NCBI GenBank assembly: GCA_031287715.1
Contig: JAITSN010000111.1
Coordinates: 17,848 to 81,847, forward strand
Source: Mediterranea sp.
Lineage (GTDB): Bacteria; Bacteroidota; Bacteroidia; Bacteroidales; Bacteroidaceae
Reading direction: 5' to 3'
Length of the DNA stretch: 64,000 nucleotides
Shown: positions 58,505-64,000 of the stretch, piece by piece
How positions within the stretch are numbered: the stretch's first letter is position 1
How the letters are laid out: each line of letters begins with the position of its first letter
Position numbers and translations under genes: made by a program
Notes under the pieces: generated by a model
The model's input: the letters and a program-made list of their open reading frames with translations, nothing else
Databases searched by the model: none
What the model was told of the DNA's origin: nothing

Positions 58505-60505
58505 ATGAAAACATCATATATTAAAATAATAATCGGAACAGCGGCTTGCTCGCTTATCCTTGCGGGATGCTCCGACGTGCTGGACGAACAGCCGCGCAGC
58601 AGCTACGACCCCACCTTCTTCAAAACCGAAACCGGCATCATGGGAGGACTTACCGCCATGTACGCACACCTGCGCTACTTCTACGGACAGTATTATTATG
58701 CCGCCCAGCAATGCTCCACCGATGAATACACCTTCGCCTGGAGTGCCGACAACAACTTCAAAGACAACGACCTGACACAAGGCGTCGGCAACTTAGACCC
58801 GTCAACCTGCCGCGCCGACGCGCTCTGGAACGAAGTATTCAGCAACATCAACACCGCATCGGGGATTATCGAAAATGCAGCATCGGTAGGACTGTCGGAA
58901 GCGCTGATAGCCGAAGCGCAATTCTTCCGCGCCTATGATTACTTCCAGCTGGTGCAGACCTTTGGAGGCGTGCCCCTTGACCTCGGCTCGGGCGAACTCA
59001 AGTTCAACATCACGCCCAAAAGAACGTCGATACGCAACACCGTGCCGGAAGTCTATACCAAAGCCGTCTTCCCCGACCTGATCGCAGCCGCGAGCAACCT
59101 GCCTGAAACCCCGCGCGTAACGGGCGGAGTGACCAAGACCCTCGCCCGCCTTATCTTGGCCAAAGCATACCTCACCTATGGATGGTGGCTGGAAAACAGT
59201 GGCGACATACCCACCTATCCCGCTTGCGATCGCACCGATCCCGACGGGCACGACAAGGCCTGGTACTTCCAGAAGGCCTACGACTATGCCGTGGAAGGCA
59301 TTGCCAACCCCGGATCCTATGCCTTGCAATCCACTTATTATGACGTTCACCTCGGATCCAACGACCGCAACAATGAAGTCATGCTTTATGCCGACCATAC
59401 CGAAGCCGACGAATACTACGACGGGCAAAGCCACTCCTACCTTAGCGGCGGAGCGCCGGGCAACCAAGCCGTATGGTTCGTAACCTACAACTACACGCTG
59501 ATTCGCAGTTACACGACGGCCAGCTGGACAGGCGGCAGTACGGTGGAAACTGTGAAGCGTGAAGCTGCCCAGGCCTATGGTCGCCCGTGGAGCTGCATGG
59601 CACCGCCCATTAGCGTGTTCACCGGAACATTTGCCGACAAGATCAAGGACTCCCGCTACGACGGAACCTTCACCACCGTGTTCCGCGGCAACTGGGCCAA
59701 AGGCGGCGACGGCACAGAGACGTACTACAATGCCAACGGGCTTCCCATCAAGAACGGCGACGCGGTGCTCTCCTTCCTTGACGAGGATATAGCTGCGACA
59801 GTTGACTATTCGGACACCAAGTACAACAGCAACGTCCGCGGCGGCGTAACGCCGGGTCGAGCCGACTTCATCGTAGAGCCAAGCTACATCAGTCGCGGCC
59901 GCTACCCCATCCTGTGGAAACTCGGCACATACCGCACCGATAATGGCACGGGTCTTGGCCAACCTAACGGCGGCATCACACGCCCCATTAACTTAGCCTA
60001 CTTCTCCGAACTGTTCTTTGTGGCCGCCGAAGCAGCTGTAAAGGGCGCCACAACCAAGGCCATATCGGGCACTTATGCCAACGACGGAACAGCCAAAGGC
60101 CTGATAAACGTCATCCGCGCGCGGGCCGGCAAATGGCGCTGGGATAATAACGGAAACGCCGTAAAGACCGAAGACAACAGCGCAGCCTTAGTAGCAGCAA
60201 CGCCGGCCGCCATCGACATCGACTACATCCTTGCCGAGCGCAGCCGCGAATACTTCGGCGAAGGCTATCGCTGGTTCGACCTCGTGCGCACGCAGAAGTG
60301 GATCGACTATGCGCAGACCTACGAAATAGGAAGCGCAATCAATGCACAAGGCAGCATGTCCACCAACGGCAGTGTAGACAAAGAAACGTTTACCCGCATC
60401 ATCGAGAAGCGCCACTACCTCCGCCCCATTCCGCAAGGACAGATTGACGCGCTGGAGATGACACCTGAAGAGAAGAGGGCGTACCAGAATCCGGGCTACA
60501 ATTGA
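58505..60505 (+). CDS. SusD/RagB family lipoprotein
   Basis: Lipobox LAGCSD, EAQFFRAYDYF, FGGVP, ERSREYFGEGYRWFDLVR, QNPGY. Confidence 0.96.
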   Translation: MKTSYIKIIIGTAACSLILAGCSDVLDEQPRSSYDPTFFKTETGIMGGLTAMYAHLRYFYGQYYYAAQQCSTDEYTFAWSADNNFKDNDLTQGVGNLDPSTCRADALWNEVFSNINTASGIIENAASVGLSEALIAEAQFFRAYDYFQLVQTFGGVPLDLGSGELKFNITPKRTSIRNTVPEVYTKAVFPDLIAAASNLPETPRVTGGVTKTLARLILAKAYLTYGWWLENSGDIPTYPACDRTDPDGHDKAWYFQKAYDYAVEGIANPGSYALQSTYYDVHLGSNDRNNEVMLYADHTEADEYYDGQSHSYLSGGAPGNQAVWFVTYNYTLIRSYTTASWTGGSTVETVKREAAQAYGRPWSCMAPPISVFTGTFADKIKDSRYDGTFTTVFRGNWAKGGDGTETYYNANGLPIKNGDAVLSFLDEDIAATVDYSDTKYNSNVRGGVTPGRADFIVEPSYISRGRYPILWKLGTYRTDNGTGLGQPNGGITRPINLAYFSELFFVAAEAAVKGATTKAISGTYANDGTAKGLINVIRARAGKWRWDNNGNAVKTEDNSAALVAATPAAIDIDYILAERSREYFGEGYRWFDLVRTQKWIDYAQTYEIGSAINAQGSMSTNGSVDKETFTRIIEKRHYLRPIPQGQIDALEMTPEEKRAYQNPGYN

Positions 60506-60540
60506 TTTTAAGATAATTTTAAGTTAAGGTATTCGCGTTA

Positions 60541-60587
60541 AAGGCGCGGGCCGGTTTCTTCGGAAACCGCTGGCCCGCGCCTTTTTT
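60541..60587 (+). terminator. Rho-independent terminator
   Basis: AAGGCGCGGGCC...GGCCCGCGCCTT + T-run with inner GGTTTC-TTCG-GAAACC. Confidence 0.9.
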
Positions 60588-60592
60588 ACTGC

Positions 60593-60985
60593 ATTGCCGA
60601 CGCCAAGTGTGCCGATTTGTTTTAATGCCGATTGATATTGGTTTTTCACGATTGGAAGTTTGTCGATGCCGAAGTTTTGAGGCATTCGACTTTCTTCTTA
60701 TTTCTCTTTATGATGGTTAATCCCCAACGGAATCACCGCCCTGATACCTTTCATGATCAACTTAATGGTATCTGGATTCAGGTTTCGCTTTGTATATTGG
60801 TCTTTACGGCACACGTTCCACATCCGATATCTACCCCAACGGCATTCGGTATATAACGCCCTTGGTAGCCAAAACACCACCGATAGGCATTCCATAACCT
60901 TGGTGCGTATCGGGCATTAGACAAACATGGCTAAAGGCAAGTTGGCAAGGTTCTTATCCTGTTCGATTGAAATTACTTGTTGCAT
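60593..60985 (-). pseudogene. rtcB: RtcB RNA ligase 5' fragment with frameshifts and stop
   Basis: Across frames: MPDTHQGYGMPIGGVLATKGV, PNAVGVDIGCG, KQIGTLGVGN then breaks off. Confidence 0.85.
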
Positions 60986-61129
60986 AATGATATATTTATA
61001 CGGTAAAACCTATTTTCCGTTCTTCTTTTTTATACAAAAACTCACTTTGACAGTAACTGTGCATTGTTTCTAATGTTGGTGCAACTTCGTTTAAGATAGA
61101 GTCTACTGTGTATTTCCGGACAACATTCT

Positions 61130-61517
61130 CTATTTGTCTTTAGAAAACCTTTCATGGATAAAGGAACTCTGTCGCCTATATTTCCCTGCGTGATGATAAA
61201 GTTGACAATTTCCCCTTTATCATTTATGATAATATGTAGCTTAAACCCAAAGAACCGGCCAAGGGTACTCTTACCTTTTGTTGTGATGCTATCAATTTCC
61301 ATGCTTTTTACCATCGTCTTTTCTCAATTGGTATTTGGAGAAGGAAGATTCAAATTCTTTTGAAAATTCATCGATTAATAGAAAATTTCAGTAACTTCGT
61401 GAGTGCTTAGCATAATAGTCTTTCCTGATTAAATATTTGTAAACTAACACTATAAATATAATCAATAATAAACTATTATGCTATTTTTTGCGACAATTCT
61501 TATATCGAACTCACGTT
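61130..61517 (-). mobile_element. Degraded IS982-family element
   Basis: MLSTHEVTEIF start near 61412; GKSTLGRFFGFKLHIIINDKGEI...GDRVPL; end motif AACGTGAGTTCGATATAAG (minus) at ~61499-61517. Confidence 0.8.
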
Positions 61518-61579
61518 AGCTTAGGAGTTAAAACAAGAGCCTAACAGAATATTGCTTCGTATCAAGTTCTTGTAAAAGA

Positions 61580-62506
61580 TCATCTTAAATCCTTAAACAT
61601 TTGATTAATACACTTCTTTTTCTGTTCCATATTCGGATGAACATACAGATTTAAAGTCGTACTAATATTTGAATGCCCTAAGATTACGCTTACAGTCTTA
61701 TAGTCACAATTACTCTCAATACACCTTGTTGCGAAACTATGTCTTAGTCCATGAAATTTCAGTTTCGGCATATCTAACTCTTTCATCAGCTTCTTGTAGT
61801 AGTTTCTATAGGTTCGAGGTTCTGTGGGCTTAGCATCGTTGGTTAATAGGTAAAAGGAACTATTTACCACTTTCTTGATCGGCTTTAGCATTCTCAGCAA
61901 ATTTCGACTCATCGGGATATCTCGAATGGAATTCTTTGTCTTTGGAGAGTCGAGGATAAGCTCTGTTCGCCTATCATTATCTTCTATAACATAAATTCGT
62001 TGGATTGTTTTTCTAATATTGATAATACCAGCTTCAGTATCTATGTCATCCCATGTCAAAGCACAGATTTCTCCGATCCGGATACCAGCACTCAGGCAGA
62101 TATAAATCCCTAAGTTTTTGAATGTGAAATGTTCTTGAACATAATTCATGATTTTCTTCTGATTGCTTTTACTTAGAACTTCGATTTCATATCTTTCCCT
62201 TTCTGTTGGAAATTGGATGTCGAATTGCTGATATTCAAGAAGTTTGTTTTTGACGCCAAACTTTAAGATCATCTTCAAGACAATCAGAATATCCTTGATA
62301 GTTTTTTGACTTAATCCCTCGTCCAGTTTTCTAAACACAAATTCCTGTACATCGGACTCTTCTACGCTAAGTTGATTTCCAAAACTCGGCAACAAGTGAT
62401 TCTCAATTGAAAGCAAATAAGCCGAATAACTGGATTTTTTCACATACTGCTTTTTGTCTTCTTTCCACAGTTCAATAATTTTTCTAATTTTTACTTTTTC
62501 TGTCAT
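61580..62506 (-). CDS. Tyrosine recombinase associated with hsdS cassettes
   Basis: GIRIGEICAL, PKT, FHGLRHSFAT, ILGHSNISTTLNLYVH (R-K-H-R-H-Y). Confidence 0.95.
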   Translation of the reverse strand: MTEKVKIRKIIELWKEDKKQYVKKSSYSAYLLSIENHLLPSFGNQLSVEESDVQEFVFRKLDEGLSQKTIKDILIVLKMILKFGVKNKLLEYQQFDIQFPTERERYEIEVLSKSNQKKIMNYVQEHFTFKNLGIYICLSAGIRIGEICALTWDDIDTEAGIINIRKTIQRIYVIEDNDRRTELILDSPKTKNSIRDIPMSRNLLRMLKPIKKVVNSSFYLLTNDAKPTEPRTYRNYYKKLMKELDMPKLKFHGLRHSFATRCIESNCDYKTVSVILGHSNISTTLNLYVHPNMEQKKKCINQMFKDLR

Positions 62507-62570
62507 ATTTTTCTGATTTTAATATTGTTATTCATGAAGAATATACATAAAAAGGATTTAAATATCAAAT

Positions 62571-63689
62571 ATCCTCAATGTTCCAAATTTGAGATTCCCG
62601 GAATTTTGGGGGGAATGGGGAGATACAACGCTGGGTAGATGCGCTAAGGATCCATTGGATTATGGGATGAACGCCGCCGCTGCTGACTATGATGGTGAGA
62701 ACAAATACATAAGAATCACAGATATAGACGAAAATTCTTCTCAATATATTTCTAACAATCCTGTTTCTCCTGCGGGGGAACTTTCAGACAAATATATAGT
62801 AGAGCCAAATGACATTTTATTTGCTCGAACAGGAGCAAGCACTGGTAAAACCTATTTGTACAAGAAGGAAGATGGAAGGCTTTATTTTGCAGGTTTTTTA
62901 ATCAGGGCAAGAATTAAACCTGAGCATAATTCCGCATTCATTTTTGCGCAAACACAAACCACACAATACCAAAAGTGGGTGCAGTTCATGTCCATTAGAT
63001 CGGGACAGCCAGGAATAAATTCTCAGGAATATGCGAGTTATAAATTTCTTATTCCTAAAAAAGATGAGCAAAACAAAATTGCGAAGTTTCTTTCTCTTCT
63101 GGATGAACGTATAGCAACCCAAAGCCAAATAATTGAGAAATATGAATCTCTAATTAAGGGGCTAACTCACTTTATCTTAAATGGAAAACAGGCTAATGTC
63201 AGATTAAAGGATTGTGTTGCTTGCAATTCCTCTACACTAACAGAAAGTGAATTTGAGGGGATTGATGGGCTGTATCCGGTATATGGCGCAACTGGTATAA
63301 TAGCGTATTCGCCTCAATGCACTGTGGATGAAGATTCTATTCTGGTCATTAAAGACGGAGCCAACGTGGGCAGGGTGCAGTATGTTACGGGAAAATATTC
63401 TACAATAGGCACACTTAACTATCTGACAGTAAAGAATGGCTTTTCACTCAGATATATCTACTATCTTTTACGCTGTTTCAACTTTGACAAATACAAAATG
63501 GGATCTGGTATACCGCACGTCTATTTCAAAGACTATGGTAACAAATTAATCTTCTGCCCGCCAATCGAGGAGCAAAATAAAATAGCCCGAATGCTCTCGT
63601 TGGTAGAGGAAAAGCTTGTTTTGGAGGGCATTTTATTGAACGCCTATTCTTTGCATAAACAATATATGCTCAAAAATATTTTTATATAA
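62571..63689 (+). CDS. hsdS: Type I RM specificity subunit cassette (two TRDs), no ATG start - probably silent
   Basis: In-frame *ISNILNVPNLRFPEF; IRITDID, EQNKIAKFLSLLDERI, PPIEEQNKIA. Confidence 0.88.
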   Translation: MLNVPNLRFPEFWGEWGDTTLGRCAKDPLDYGMNAAAADYDGENKYIRITDIDENSSQYISNNPVSPAGELSDKYIVEPNDILFARTGASTGKTYLYKKEDGRLYFAGFLIRARIKPEHNSAFIFAQTQTTQYQKWVQFMSIRSGQPGINSQEYASYKFLIPKKDEQNKIAKFLSLLDERIATQSQIIEKYESLIKGLTHFILNGKQANVRLKDCVACNSSTLTESEFEGIDGLYPVYGATGIIAYSPQCTVDEDSILVIKDGANVGRVQYVTGKYSTIGTLNYLTVKNGFSLRYIYYLLRCFNFDKYKMGSGIPHVYFKDYGNKLIFCPPIEEQNKIARMLSLVEEKLVLEGILLNAYSLHKQYMLKNIFI

Positions 63690-64000
63690 AAAGACTCTGC
63701 AATAAATATCTTTTTTGCTTTTGATAAGCCGCCATTCCAAATTTCTCTAATTCTATCTTCGCGATTATTTTGTCTAGTGCATTAGCAATCTCTTTTTGAT
63801 TCAATAAGGATGGTACTGGCACACAAAAAAGAGATAAATCTTTTTTCTGGATATTAGGTAACCCGCTACCTATGCGCAATGCCATTATCTGTAGTTCGTT
63901 AGCTTTTAAATAGTGAAAAAGATACCTATCATTTACATTTTTATCAATATTTTCTAACGTATAGCAATGTCCTCCACTCCAAAAAGGGACATCATTATAC
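63682..64000 (-). CDS. hsdS: Second hsdS cassette, C-terminal part, convergent; continues beyond window
   Basis: IMALRIGSGLPNIQKKDL...PSLLNQKEIA...QKRYLLQSLFI*. Confidence 0.88.
   Translation of the reverse strand, partial: YNDVPFWSGGHCYTLENIDKNVNDRYLFHYLKANELQIMALRIGSGLPNIQKKDLSLFCVPVPSLLNQKEIANALDKIIAKIELEKFGMAAYQKQKRYLLQSLFI

Noticed and set aside
61580-62506. Prophage or ICE integrase, or the enzyme for the 30.7/33.6 kb sites
   Set aside because: Context is hsdS cassettes with no phage or conjugation genes; a 2-bp core fits serine rather than tyrosine recombinases
1-64000. tRNA, rRNA or reverse transcriptase genes
   Set aside because: No recognisable cloverleaf, rRNA signature or RT-like ORF seen by eye

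Overview
Bacteroidales (Bacteroides-like) chromosomal window, judged from SusC/SusD pairs, TAnnTTTG -7 promoter boxes and gene content. Left part: 3' end of a TonB-dependent receptor, lepA-nhaA-symporter-gmd-fcl, an ECF sigma with a tiny anti-sigma-like partner, a phosphate cluster (PiT, ppk1, metallophosphoesterase) and a heavy-metal RND efflux operon preceded by a His/Cys-rich leader ending in the ribosome-arrest motif RAPP. Centre: two paralogous lipoprotein-SusC-SusD operons facing away from each other. Each carries the same 13-2-13 palindrome exactly 118 bp from its start codon, in inverted orientation with an asymmetric 2-bp core (serine-invertase/fix-like). The ~2.95 kb between them holds a dead AAA ATPase, a DUF6261/HagB-like gene, a 40-41 bp tandem array and a structured RNA-like element. 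Right part: a Pho-box-preceded phosphonate locus (phosphatase, DUF5690-like transporter, phnX, phnW) continuing into SusC/SusD, an orphan DGR-type variable region, a type II RM pair, another SusC/SusD pair, rtcB and IS982 relics, and a tyrosine recombinase with hsdS cassettes (type I RM shufflon). No rRNA, tRNA, CRISPR-Cas or reverse transcriptase was seen. Family names come from motif recognition, not database searches.
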